DNA of 64,000 nt, taken from contig OZ246001.1 of assembly GCA_965230295.1 (NCBI GenBank), forward strand, positions 1,376,001-1,440,000. Direction: 5' to 3'. Of the stretch, positions 16,773-26,877 are shown in pieces. How positions within the stretch are numbered: position 1 is the stretch's first letter; each line of letters opens with the position of its first letter. Source of the DNA: Marinicella sp. (GTDB lineage Bacteria; Pseudomonadota; Gammaproteobacteria; Xanthomonadales; Marinicellaceae). The translations under genes and the position numbers were made by a program. The notes below the pieces were generated by a model that had not been told where the DNA came from, did no database searches, and saw only the letters and a program-made list of their open reading frames with translations.

Positions 16773-19655
16773 ATGCAGCAGACAGATCAAGAGCAGAACG
16801 AAACCAACCAAGTTCAAGGAACAGAACCCAACCACCCAAACAAAGATCAACAAGAAACCACCGCAGAAAATTCACGCTTTAAAGTGATCAGACGCAATGG
16901 AAAGGTGACTTCTTATGATCAATCCAAAATTCAAGTGGCCATGACCAAAGCGTTTTTGGCAGTTGAAGGCGGGCAAGCAGCGGCCTCAAGACGCATCAGA
17001 GAAACCGTTGAAAAATTAGTCGAACAAGTGCATTACGCGCTGTTCAGACACATGGATGATGGTGGCACTGTTCACATTGAAGACATCCAGGACCAGGTCG
17101 AACTGTCCATGATGCGTGCCGGTGAGCACAAAGCCGCACGTAATTATGTGCTGTACCGTGAAAAACAAAACGAGAAGCGCGCCCGTGCCAAAGCCAAAGC
17201 GGCGAAGAAAGAAAGCACTCCGGCTGAACCACAAGAAGTTTTGCATGTGATCGATGCTGAAGGCAACCGCAAGCCTCTGGATTTCGAACGCATTGACACC
17301 CTGATCACCGAAGCCACCCGTGGCTTGAAAGGCGTGACCAAAGAATTGATCACCAAAGACGTGCGTCGCAATCTGTTCGATGGCATGGCCGAAGATGACG
17401 TCAATGCCTCATTGACCATGTCTGCAAGGGTATTGATTGAAAAAGATCCAAACTATTCACACGTTACGGCACGGTTGTTGATGGATGCCATCCGCACCGA
17501 AGCCCTCAGCTTCATTTATGCCGAACAAAAAACAGCCACCCAAAAAGACATGGCTGACATTTACCCCGATTACTTTGGTAAATACCTACAACGCGGTATT
17601 GAGCTGAATTTGTTGGATCCCGAGTTGGGTCGTTATGACATCGAACGTTTGTCCAAAGCCATCAAACCCGAGCGTGACAAGAAATTCACTTACCTGGGAC
17701 TACAAACCCTGTTCGATCGCTACTTCATTCACATGGGTAAAACCCGCATTGAACTGCCCCAGGCTTTCTTCATGCGTGTTTCCATGGGCTTGGCCATCAA
17801 CGAGATTGACCGCGAAGCCAGAGCGATTGAATTTTACGACCTGCTCAGCTCATTTGATTTCATGAGCTCAACCCCAACCTTATTCAACTCAGGTACCTTG
17901 CGTCCACAGCTGTCCAGCTGCTACTTGACCACCGTGCCCGATGATTTGGACGGCATTTTCAGCGCCATCAAAGACGACGCCATGCTGTCTAAATATGCCG
18001 GCGGCTTGGGCAACGACTGGACCCGCGTCCGTGGTTTGGGTTCACACATCAAAGGCACCAACGGTGAATCACAAGGCGTGGTACCGTTCTTGAAAGTGGC
18101 CAATGACACGGCAGTGGCCGTGAACCAGGGTGGTAAACGCAAAGGCGCCATGTGTGCCTACCTGGAAACCTGGCACATTGACATGGAAGAGTTTTTGGAA
18201 TTGCGTAAGAACACCGGTGATGATCGCCGCCGAACGCATGACATGAACACGGCCAACTGGATTCCGGACCTGTTCATGGAACGTGTTGCCAAAGACGAGA
18301 CCTGGACTTTGTTCTCGCCAGAAGAAACCCCTGAATTGCATGATTTGTATGGTCAGGAATTCAAAGAGCAGTACGAATCTTATGAACAACTGGCCGCCGA
18401 AGGCAAAATCAAGAACTTCAAGAAAGTAGAAGCCAATGAATTGTGGCGCAAGATGCTGGGCATGTTGTTCGAAACCGGACACCCATGGATCACCTTCAAG
18501 GATCCTTGCAACATCCGTTCACCACAAAGACATGTGGGCGTGGTGCACTCGTCAAACCTGTGTACCGAAATCACCTTGAACACGTCTGATGAAGAAATCG
18601 CGGTGTGTAACCTGGGTTCAGTGAACCTGCCACACCATGTGAATGAACAAGGCATCGACCACAAGAAACTGAAGAAAACCATCACCACTGCCATGCGCAT
18701 GCTGGACAACGTGATTGACTACAATTTCTATTCAGTGCCACAAGCCAGACGCTCTAACCTGCGTCACCGTCCGGTCGGACTGGGCCTGATGGGCTTCCAG
18801 GATGCCTTATACATCCAGGACTTGGCTTATGCCACCGAAGCGGCGATTGAATTTGCTGACAACACCATGGAAGCGGTTTCTTACTACGCCATCAATGCAT
18901 CCAGTGACCTGGCTGAAGAACGCGGCACCTACCCATCTTATGACGGTTCATTGTGGTCACAAGGTATCTTACCGATCGATTCAGTTGAAATGCTGAAAAC
19001 CGAACGTGGACAGTTCATTGAACAAGACCAAAGCATGACCATGGACTGGGATGAGCTGCGCGAAAAAGTCAAAACCCAAGGCATGCGAAACTCCAACACC
19101 ATGGCGATTGCACCAACCGCCACCATCTCTAACATCTCAGGTGTGTCTCAATCGGTAGAGCCGGTTTACCAAAACCTGTTTGTTAAATCCAACCTGTCTG
19201 GTGAGTTCACCGTGATCAACCCTTACCTGGTTGAAGACTTGAAAGCCCTGGACATGTGGGATGACGTGATGGTCAACGACTTAAAATACTTCGATGGCAG
19301 TGTTCAACCCATCGACCGGGTACCTGATAACCTGAAAGCCAAATACGCCACCGCTTTTGAAGTGGATCCGCGTTGGTTGGTGGAAGCGGCCTCACGTCGC
19401 CAAAAATGGATCGATCAAGGTCAGTCTCTGAACCTTTACATGGTTGAGCCATCAGGTAAGAAACTGGATTCCCTGTATAAATTGGCTTGGGTCCGTGGCC
19501 TGAAAACCACTTATTACCTGCGTTCAATTGGCGCCACCCACGTTGAGAAAAGCGTGGATACCAGTTCGAACCAGGCGCCGGTAACCACCCAGCCCGGATC
19601 ACAAGCCCCGCAAGCCTGCTCCATCTTGGACCCAGACTGCGAAGCTTGTCAGTAA
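16773..19655 (+). CDS. nrdA: Class Ia ribonucleoside-diphosphate reductase alpha subunit with tandem N-terminal ATP cones
   Basis: VIRRNG ATP cone plus second cone, TPTLFNSG, LSSCY, SNLCTEI, APTATIS, KTTYY, C-terminal CSILDPDCEACQ. Confidence 0.97.
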   Translation: MQQTDQEQNETNQVQGTEPNHPNKDQQETTAENSRFKVIRRNGKVTSYDQSKIQVAMTKAFLAVEGGQAAASRRIRETVEKLVEQVHYALFRHMDDGGTVHIEDIQDQVELSMMRAGEHKAARNYVLYREKQNEKRARAKAKAAKKESTPAEPQEVLHVIDAEGNRKPLDFERIDTLITEATRGLKGVTKELITKDVRRNLFDGMAEDDVNASLTMSARVLIEKDPNYSHVTARLLMDAIRTEALSFIYAEQKTATQKDMADIYPDYFGKYLQRGIELNLLDPELGRYDIERLSKAIKPERDKKFTYLGLQTLFDRYFIHMGKTRIELPQAFFMRVSMGLAINEIDREARAIEFYDLLSSFDFMSSTPTLFNSGTLRPQLSSCYLTTVPDDLDGIFSAIKDDAMLSKYAGGLGNDWTRVRGLGSHIKGTNGESQGVVPFLKVANDTAVAVNQGGKRKGAMCAYLETWHIDMEEFLELRKNTGDDRRRTHDMNTANWIPDLFMERVAKDETWTLFSPEETPELHDLYGQEFKEQYESYEQLAAEGKIKNFKKVEANELWRKMLGMLFETGHPWITFKDPCNIRSPQRHVGVVHSSNLCTEITLNTSDEEIAVCNLGSVNLPHHVNEQGIDHKKLKKTITTAMRMLDNVIDYNFYSVPQARRSNLRHRPVGLGLMGFQDALYIQDLAYATEAAIEFADNTMEAVSYYAINASSDLAEERGTYPSYDGSLWSQGILPIDSVEMLKTERGQFIEQDQSMTMDWDELREKVKTQGMRNSNTMAIAPTATISNISGVSQSVEPVYQNLFVKSNLSGEFTVINPYLVEDLKALDMWDDVMVNDLKYFDGSVQPIDRVPDNLKAKYATAFEVDPRWLVEAASRRQKWIDQGQSLNLYMVEPSGKKLDSLYKLAWVRGLKTTYYLRSIGATHVEKSVDTSSNQAPVTTQPGSQAPQACSILDPDCEACQ

Positions 19656-19658
19656 TAG

Positions 19659-19797
19659 AGTTGCGTAGCAACTGAAAATCATCTGGCCGGTTGGTGAGCA
19701 CAGCGAATCAGAGGCCAGGTGCGAAAAATGAAGACATGTTCGAAGCGGCCGCTTTCACTTTTGGCAACAAAAGTGAATGAAGTCCCAAGAACATACC
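19659..19797 (+). repeat. Modular structured repeat, copy B (short form)
   Basis: AGTTGCGTAGCAACT hairpin, GGTTGGTGAGC..GCGAATCAGAGGC, TTTCACTTTTG..CAAAAGTGAA, TGAAGTCCCAAGAACAT. Confidence 0.75.
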
Positions 19798-20007
19798 AAT
19801 TTGCAAGTCCTGCGGGCTCTTCAAGTTTTTTCACTCTAATTTGACGAGCCTGTTGGCACCATAACGCATGTTGTGGGGTATTAAAGATGTATCAAAGCTT
19901 CGGTTTTCATGGACTGTGAAAGTGGAGCTGAAAAAAAACGTGTAGATGTAGAGGTGTGTAGCCTAAGACATCGTAATCAACAATAACAAAAACAGAGCAA
20001 CAATATC

Positions 20008-21255
20008 ATGATGAATTGGGACGATCCACTTGGACTGGGTAACAACAAAGAAGAAAAACCAGCACCAGTGGCCAAAACAGAACCGGCCAAAGCGCCGATC
20101 AAAGAAACAGCCGTTGTAGCCGAAAAAGCTGAAGTTGAGGCACCAAAAATTCAGGCTGAAGAAGCCGTGGCCAAGTACCAGACCGAACAGGAACCGGCTG
20201 CCGCGATCAACGTCACCAAAGAGAACACCTACGAAAATGCCATGAGCGGTGTGGAGCCTGTGCGTGCTGAAGACAAGCGGGTGATCAACGGTCTGACCGA
20301 CGTGAACCAATTGGCCCCGTTCAAATACCCTTGGGCCTGGAAGTTCTTCCTGAACGCCAACAAAAATCACTGGACGCCACTGGACATCAACATGACCCAG
20401 GACGTACATGACTACAACAAGACCCTGACCGAAGACGAAAAACACGTCTACCAGAATGTTTTGTCATACTTGACCACTTCAGACATCCTGGCGATGCGCA
20501 ACATTGGCCTGGCGGTGATGGAAAAAATGTCAGCGCCTGAATTACAAATCTACCAGGCACGTCAGGTCTATGAAGAAGCCTTGCACACGTGGACCTACCA
20601 GCACTGCATCGAAACCATTGGCCTGGACCAAGGTGAGATTTACAACCGCTACCGCGTGGTGCCAGAGATCAACCAAAAAATCCAAGTGGCCAACCGCCGC
20701 CTGAACAGCATCCTGCGGCCCAACATCGACCTGAACGACCCGGACGAAATGGAAAACTTCGTACTGGCCTACATGTTTTTTGGCGCCATCTTCGAAGGCT
20801 GCTGGTTCTACAACGGCTTCAGCCCGATCTTCGCTTTACAAAGACGTGGCCTGATGAAAGGCACTGCCGAACAGTTGCAGTACATCATGCGCGATGAAGT
20901 GATGCACGCCTCTTTCGGCATCCGCGTGTGCAAGCAGATCATCGAAGAAGAAAAAATCACCATCGACCCGGCCAAGATTCGCCACATGTGGGACGAGTCA
21001 GAAGCAGCCGAAGCCGGCTACGCCAAGTACCTGCTCCGACGCCCGATCCTCGGCTACTCCGCCGAAGACCACATCGAGCAGTTCCGCTACATCGCCAACC
21101 GCAGAGCACGACAACTCGGCATCGACGAACCCTTCCCAGGCGCCGAATGCACCCTACCCTGGCTCGATGAACAATCCAACCTAAGAAAAGAAAAGAACTT
21201 CTTTGAAACAAGAGTCACCGAATACCAAACCGGTGGAGCGCTGAGTTGGGATTGA
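20008..21255 (+). CDS. nrdB: Ribonucleoside-diphosphate reductase beta subunit
   Basis: Di-metal ligands TSD, EEALH, FEG, RDEVMH; radical Tyr in EALHTWTY; KNFFETRVTEY. Confidence 0.97.
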   Translation: MMNWDDPLGLGNNKEEKPAPVAKTEPAKAPIKETAVVAEKAEVEAPKIQAEEAVAKYQTEQEPAAAINVTKENTYENAMSGVEPVRAEDKRVINGLTDVNQLAPFKYPWAWKFFLNANKNHWTPLDINMTQDVHDYNKTLTEDEKHVYQNVLSYLTTSDILAMRNIGLAVMEKMSAPELQIYQARQVYEEALHTWTYQHCIETIGLDQGEIYNRYRVVPEINQKIQVANRRLNSILRPNIDLNDPDEMENFVLAYMFFGAIFEGCWFYNGFSPIFALQRRGLMKGTAEQLQYIMRDEVMHASFGIRVCKQIIEEEKITIDPAKIRHMWDESEAAEAGYAKYLLRRPILGYSAEDHIEQFRYIANRRARQLGIDEPFPGAECTLPWLDEQSNLRKEKNFFETRVTEYQTGGALSWD

Positions 21256-21281
21256 TTGGATTAACTTAAACGAGTAAGAAT

Positions 21282-21308
21282 AAGCCTGTGATAATCACGG
21301 GCTTTTTT
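21282..21308 (+). terminator. Rho-independent terminator after nrdB
   Basis: AAGCCTGTGAT-A-ATCACGGGCTTTTTT. Confidence 0.85.
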
Positions 21309-21325
21309 GTAAATGCAATAATGAC

Positions 21326-21499
21326 TTGAGCCGAACCAAAACCAAGAAAGTGTTTTCATCACAAGACCACATTGATGCCACCAAAGACGTTGAGTGTGGC
21401 AAATATGCTGCTATCATCGATGCAGTGATGTACGCACAAAAGGATTGGGTGGTGGTCGTGCATACATTAAAGCATGTGGCGTGTGTTAAAGGTCAATGA
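21326..21499 (+). pseudogene. rtcB: C-terminal remnant of RtcB RNA ligase
   Basis: Own translation: LSRTKTKKVFSSQDHIDATKDVECGKYAAIIDAVMYAQKDWVVVVHTLKHVACVKGQ*, matching the proteobacterial RtcB C-terminus (MSRT.AK..F...D....T..VECRKD..VIDE.P.AYK.ID.VM.AQ.DLV.VVHTL.QV.CVKG). Confidence 0.8.
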
Positions 21500-21605
21500 T
21501 AACCGAAGTAATCAGTCTAGAGTGTTGAAGTTTAACGCTCTGGTTTAACAAAAACCATGTTGGATAGGCATAAGCCCATCCATCATTCAAACCACAGTTA
21601 TTTAT

Positions 21606-24600
21606 TCAATCACAAGGATGGCCCATCAATTGGGTTAATCGAGTCACATCAATGGAGCCGGATGGAAAATTGCTTATGTTACTTTCCCATTGAAAAGTTG
21701 CTTGGGTATCATCAACTAATGTGAAACTTAAATCGCCCCAGTTAGACAGTGATAAATCTTCAGCGTTGAAGTTCGGAGGAAAATCTGCTCCGGCACCACT
21801 GATTGCAGTGATTTGAGCACTGTTACCAGTAATGGGACCGGTCCCAAGTAGCCAGTATTGTTCTCCATTCAAATAAGTATACCAAGCCAACAAAATATTT
21901 TGGTTAGAGCCATCATCTATCACATTAACCATCAGCCCATGCCCACTTTGATTCTGGTCATACCATGAACCGCTGTGACAAGAACGAATACCAGATGCAT
22001 CTGAATGGTCTGGAAAAATTTGAGTTATGCGCTCAATATTAAACCCGCCTGAAGCGTTTTCGAAGTAATCTGAAGACCAAGTTAATCGTCCTGTGGCTGC
22101 TGAATCAAAATACAATTTGATGGTGCCCCAGGAATGTATAACCACATCTTCAGAATTAAATCCTTCAACGGGAAATCCGGTTCCAGTAGTGATGTTCATG
22201 TCAATTTCTACATGGTTGTTTTCGACTTCGCCAACACCAATTAACCATACAGGCTTACCATCTAAATAGGTATACCAGGCTGCCAATATGGCTGGTGCGT
22301 TATTTTGTTCAATGATTTCAAGCTGTAGCCCATGGCCAGACTGTTCAGGGTTGTACCAATTACCACTGATTTGTTCGTCAATCATATATTCTGACTTACC
22401 ATTTGGGTAGTAAGTTCTTAAAGTACCACCACTCCAAACCAGCATGTTTTTGCCAGTCCAGACTGCTTTATGGTTTGCGGTGATTGCCGGAGCCCCAACT
22501 AAATCTGTTTCTACCCATGAATTGTTTGCAGGATTATATTTGCCACCATTTCTTGTTAGAGAAAAACGTCCAGGAACATTTTCTCCATCTCCACCCCAAA
22601 CGATCATTTCGTTCCCCGTCCAAACCGCAGTATGTGATTCTTTTGGACCCAGAAAATCTGGAGCCAATATTTCTTCTGTCATGTAATTAGATGGGTTAAA
22701 TTTATATCCAGTGACAGCGCCTTGTCTGGTGGTACCACCCCAAGTGATGAGTGAGTCATCAGCCCATACAGCAGTATGCTTGGCAGTGTGATATGGAAAA
22801 TCACCTTGGTATTCAATTTGTTGCCAACTGTCTGATTCAGGGTAATAAATAAAATTCTGGTTTAAAGCTCTGTTATCACGATACTCACCACCCCATATAA
22901 TCATTTCGTTGTTGGTCCACGTGGCTGTGTGGAAACGTCGTCCTTGAGGTGCATCTAGCACTGAAGTGGGTGTCCAAGTGTTGGAAAAAGGGTTAAACCT
23001 GCCGCCAGTATTGGTGTTTATACCTTCAGATCGTCCGCCCCAGACAATCATTTCTTCACCGGTCCATACGCTGGTGTGATTAATTCTGGCTTCAGGAGCT
23101 CCTTCTAAAGTAACTTCAGTCCAATTATTGGAGACAGGGTTGTAAATGCCACCAGTATTTAATCCATTCTCCCAGGTACCTCCTCCCCAAATGATCATCT
23201 CACTACCCGTCCAAACTGCAGTATGTAAATAACGTGGAGCAGGCGCATTGATGGTATTGATAGCTAACCATCGATCAGTAATTGGATCATATAACCCACC
23301 TGTATCGGCACCAATGTTGTAGTCAATTTGACCGCCCCATACAATCATTTCAGCACCAGTCCAGATGGTACTGTTATAGCCTCTATGTGCGGGAGAGCCA
23401 GGTGTTTCATTGGTCAAAATCCAGCTGTTATTAGTTGGATTGTAACGACCACCTGTGTTTGAATTACTACCACCCCAAACTATCATTTCGGTACCTGTCC
23501 AAACAGCAGAATGATCACTTTTTCGAATTGGGGCTCCCGCCGCAGTGACGGATCGCCATTGGTTCATCTCAGGGCTGTATACGCCACCAGATATTTCATT
23601 TGAACTTCCATTATGTCCACCCCATGTAATCATTTCATCGCCTGTCCATATTAACGTGTTGTAGCTGCTTGTCGGTGGTTGGTTTTCGATTGACATCTGA
23701 GTCCAGGTGTCTGTAATTGGATTATAAACGCCTCCAAAACGGTGCGAGGATGCACTGCTGGAGCTGCCCCAAATCAGCATTTTGTCACCGGTCCACACCG
23801 CATGATGTCGATATCGGGCTGCTGGTGCATTTGCCTTTGATATCGATTCCCATCTGTCTTGTGTCAAGTTGTATTTTGCACCCGATTCAAGATAGCCATT
23901 GGACTCACCACTTCGGTCTCTTCCGCCCCAAATAATCAACTCCGTTCCTGTCCATACTGCAGCACTGAAGTCCCTTAGGGAAGGTGCATTTTCATGACTT
24001 ATTGCCCGCCAACTGTTGGTCACAAAATCATAAATATGGCCGTGGTCCGGCTCATAATTAAAAGCGAATCCATCCCAAATGATCATGTACCTTCCTGCTG
24101 CAAAAGCTTGATGATATGAACGGGGGCTGGGTGCATTTTCAAGGTTTAGATCAGACCATGAATCATCATTAGGGTTATATAGTTTTCCATCCTGAAAATA
24201 ACCATCATAATTATTGCCACCCCAAACAACCATCTGTGAACCTGTCCAAATCGCACTGTGATAAACCCTGCCTTGAGGAGCGTTTTCTAAACTGATTGGC
24301 ACCCAACTGTCAGTAATCGGGTTGTATTTAAAACCGTCCTGATGAAAAATCAAATCGCTACCACTGCTGACACCACCCCAAATAATCATTTCTGAACCAG
24401 TCCAAATGGCAGTGTGGCCATATCTGGGTTCGGGAATGAAAGTTTGCCATTCTCCTAATTCATTGTTCAAATCATTCAATTTGGATTTCTTTTTGAGAGG
24501 GAAGTCATTCAACCTGAGCTTATGAGCAAGCCCTTTAATGCGGATTGTATTAACAGCTTTTTCTGTAGAGAGCCACCATTGATCAAACAACTTTTTACCC

Positions 24601-25379
24601 CAGCTTTCTATTTCAACTACAATCCATTCATTGGTTGACTTAATTAATTTTTCGGTAAAAAAGAAATCAGTGGTTTCTTGTAAAGGCAACATGTCATCAT
24701 TTAATTGCGCATTAAGGACAGTGAGTTTTTTGTGGAAGTCTTCCTCAGGCAGTTCTTTCACATCAAACAACGCTTCCAAAGACTGAGTTTGACTGTTTTC
24801 TAAGTGGTATTTAAACTGATAAATCACACTTTCAGGACTGTCACTATTCAGGCTGGATTTGGAAGATGACCTGACTTGATTGATTGTTTGTTTCAGTGAT
24901 GTATTTTCCTGATTATGGCTTTGGTAATATTTTCGGATGTTTCGCTCAACAAGATAAGGTCTGGAAATACATTCAGCAATTGTATTTGGGTCATTATTCA
25001 ACAATTGAAACAAGGCTTTTAAGTGTTCAGTGTCTTGACTTCTCCTGATCATTCTATCCAGATCCTCTTGTAATGAGTCAAGAGTAATTTCTACTTGATA
25101 CAATTCAATCAATGCCTGTTCCATTTTTACAGACTTTAAAACTTTGTCAGTTAATTTTTGAATTTTTAAATTAACATTTGAACTCGTTTTGGTGGTGTTC
25201 TTTGTCAGGTTCTGAATTCTTAATTCTTGATAAAATGCTTCAATTTCTTGCTGACAAATAACACGCTGAGCGATGTAATCATCGTTGGATAGTTTATGCC
25301 ATTGTGATTTTTCAGCGTAAGCTTGATTGAACGCAAATAAAGTAATCAGTAACGCAGCAATCCTAAGTAATCTGATCAT
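21606..25379 (-). CDS. Secreted Kelch-repeat protein (14 repeats) with two C-terminal SGxWY..QSGHG domains
   Basis: Signal peptide (AYA-EK); 14 copies of H[TS]AVWTGxEMI[VI]WGG-like motif; ISGNWYNPEQSGHG and HSGSWYDQNQSGHG. Confidence 0.88.
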   Translation of the reverse strand: MIRLLRIAALLITLFAFNQAYAEKSQWHKLSNDDYIAQRVICQQEIEAFYQELRIQNLTKNTTKTSSNVNLKIQKLTDKVLKSVKMEQALIELYQVEITLDSLQEDLDRMIRRSQDTEHLKALFQLLNNDPNTIAECISRPYLVERNIRKYYQSHNQENTSLKQTINQVRSSSKSSLNSDSPESVIYQFKYHLENSQTQSLEALFDVKELPEEDFHKKLTVLNAQLNDDMLPLQETTDFFFTEKLIKSTNEWIVVEIESWGKKLFDQWWLSTEKAVNTIRIKGLAHKLRLNDFPLKKKSKLNDLNNELGEWQTFIPEPRYGHTAIWTGSEMIIWGGVSSGSDLIFHQDGFKYNPITDSWVPISLENAPQGRVYHSAIWTGSQMVVWGGNNYDGYFQDGKLYNPNDDSWSDLNLENAPSPRSYHQAFAAGRYMIIWDGFAFNYEPDHGHIYDFVTNSWRAISHENAPSLRDFSAAVWTGTELIIWGGRDRSGESNGYLESGAKYNLTQDRWESISKANAPAARYRHHAVWTGDKMLIWGSSSSASSHRFGGVYNPITDTWTQMSIENQPPTSSYNTLIWTGDEMITWGGHNGSSNEISGGVYSPEMNQWRSVTAAGAPIRKSDHSAVWTGTEMIVWGGSNSNTGGRYNPTNNSWILTNETPGSPAHRGYNSTIWTGAEMIVWGGQIDYNIGADTGGLYDPITDRWLAINTINAPAPRYLHTAVWTGSEMIIWGGGTWENGLNTGGIYNPVSNNWTEVTLEGAPEARINHTSVWTGEEMIVWGGRSEGINTNTGGRFNPFSNTWTPTSVLDAPQGRRFHTATWTNNEMIIWGGEYRDNRALNQNFIYYPESDSWQQIEYQGDFPYHTAKHTAVWADDSLITWGGTTRQGAVTGYKFNPSNYMTEEILAPDFLGPKESHTAVWTGNEMIVWGGDGENVPGRFSLTRNGGKYNPANNSWVETDLVGAPAITANHKAVWTGKNMLVWSGGTLRTYYPNGKSEYMIDEQISGNWYNPEQSGHGLQLEIIEQNNAPAILAAWYTYLDGKPVWLIGVGEVENNHVEIDMNITTGTGFPVEGFNSEDVVIHSWGTIKLYFDSAATGRLTWSSDYFENASGGFNIERITQIFPDHSDASGIRSCHSGSWYDQNQSGHGLMVNVIDDGSNQNILLAWYTYLNGEQYWLLGTGPITGNSAQITAISGAGADFPPNFNAEDLSLSNWGDLSFTLVDDTQATFQWESNISNFPSGSIDVTRLTQLMGHPCD

Positions 25380-25463
25380 AATGAGAATTTTTTATTGAGA
25401 ATGAAAGTCCATTAGTAGACTATAAATTATAAAGCAATGGCTGAATTAATCAAAGTCAATTGC

Positions 25464-25488
25464 AATCAATGGGTCAGAGTTACTGATT
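25464..25488 (+). repeat. AATCAA-GGGGTCAGAG-TTGATT element
   Basis: AATCAATGGGTCAGAGTTACTGATT. Confidence 0.7.
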
Positions 25489-25603
25489 CATAACACTTGT
25501 GAGTCGAAACAAATGATACAAAGACTTCAATTCTGATTGAAGCTGGATCACCAATCATGCATACTCATTACCAGGATTTCATTAACCAACCCAAGTCAAA
25601 ACC

Positions 25604-25909
25604 ATGATTGAACTCATTCCAGCCGCAGTCATTTTTCTGATCGAAGTGGTGCTGCTGGTGCTTTGGTTCAGATCGCGCCGGCGCAAGGATGGCAAAGAAC
25701 GCTGGCTTTGTTTCTGTGGTTTTTTGCTGGGTCAAGTTTATTTGCTGTGGGAAGTTTGGCAGGTCAGTCATACCGGAAAACCGTTGCCTGGTTCTGTCGA
25801 GCAAAAAATGCTGATGGGTAGGATCGTGTTAGGCACATCATTGGGTGGTCTTTTTACGATTATAGGACTGTTTTATTTAAGCTTTGCCACATTTCAAAAA
25901 CGTTCATAA
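25604..25909 (+). CDS. Small hypothetical membrane protein (3 TM)
   Basis: Three hydrophobic segments, basic loop; followed by a strong hairpin. Confidence 0.6.
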   Translation: MIELIPAAVIFLIEVVLLVLWFRSRRRKDGKERWLCFCGFLLGQVYLLWEVWQVSHTGKPLPGSVEQKMLMGRIVLGTSLGGLFTIIGLFYLSFATFQKRS

Positions 25910-25922
25910 CCTATGAATCAGC

Positions 25923-25955
25923 CACCCGCGCTGAAGATGATTTTCAGCGCGGGTG
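25923..25955. terminator. GC-rich hairpin between convergent genes
   Basis: CACCCGCGCTGAA-GATGATT-TTCAGCGCGGGTG. Confidence 0.65.
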
Positions 25956-26028
25956 CAGACAATGCCTTGATGCCAGTGATTCTAGGCCATCATTTCTTCG
26001 CGGTTGCTGATCCTTTAGGACCATTGGT

Positions 26029-26718
26029 TTATTCTTGTGGCATGGATTGATCCATTGGCATCGGTGTATTGAGCAATTCAATGTTTAAAACCTCAAACCG
26101 CCAACCATCCACATTTTCACCACTTCTCGGCCAACGCACTTCGCCAAATTCGACCATCTCACCAAAAGTGGTGTATTGTTCTTCGTTTTGGGTGGTCCCT
26201 GCTTTTAATAAATCACCATTTTCTGCTAACAATACCCACCCTAAATAATCTTTATTTTTATAGAAACTTAATTTCATGCCATGTCGTTCCAAATGTAAAC
26301 TCTGATCATTCAGGGCGATCAGCTTCAGTTTGTGGTACAAAGTTTTGTACCATGAAGAAATTTCATTTTTTAGTCGGTCTTCGCTAAAAGGCTTGAGTGA
26401 TGTTTCAGTTTTTGACCAACCAAAATCTTCAGTAAATGAACGCTCGCGATCCATATCAAAATTGTTTAATTGAGTGTGGTGTGAAGGCTTTTCCAAACTA
26501 TACCACTGCTCTTGAATGTATGGCAGACGCGCAGCAGGGTGATGATTAACGGCTTTGTTATGTAATGTCTTGGCCTGTGACCAGATCTCTTGACCACCCA
26601 CTGCGTTTAAAAATTTTAAGCCCAATGCTCTGGCCTCATCATCTTCGGCGAAACATGTATTCATGGAAAATAGGCCAATTAAGACAACAGTGATTTGTTT
26701 AATCATAATGAGTTTCAT
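26029..26718 (-). CDS. Hypothetical secreted protein
   Basis: Signal peptide (CFA-ED), AVGG..W...KTL motif; AAGGA RBS. Confidence 0.75.
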   Translation of the reverse strand: MKLIMIKQITVVLIGLFSMNTCFAEDDEARALGLKFLNAVGGQEIWSQAKTLHNKAVNHHPAARLPYIQEQWYSLEKPSHHTQLNNFDMDRERSFTEDFGWSKTETSLKPFSEDRLKNEISSWYKTLYHKLKLIALNDQSLHLERHGMKLSFYKNKDYLGWVLLAENGDLLKAGTTQNEEQYTTFGEMVEFGEVRWPRSGENVDGWRFEVLNIELLNTPMPMDQSMPQE

Positions 26719-26877
26719 ACGTTTCCTTTGTTTGTTGTTGAAACAATGATATTAATGAAAAACATCAGCCATTTTGATCCTATTATATGAATGTATGGGT
26801 TTTCTATTTGAAACAACCTTTTTGAATGATGAATGTTGGTTAGAAACAACCTGCCCGTAAAGAGGTATACCTCAGGA

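Noticed and set aside
20560-20605. Possible class Ic or Ie NrdB
   Set aside because: Radical Tyr and all canonical carboxylate/His ligands are present, consistent with class Ia.
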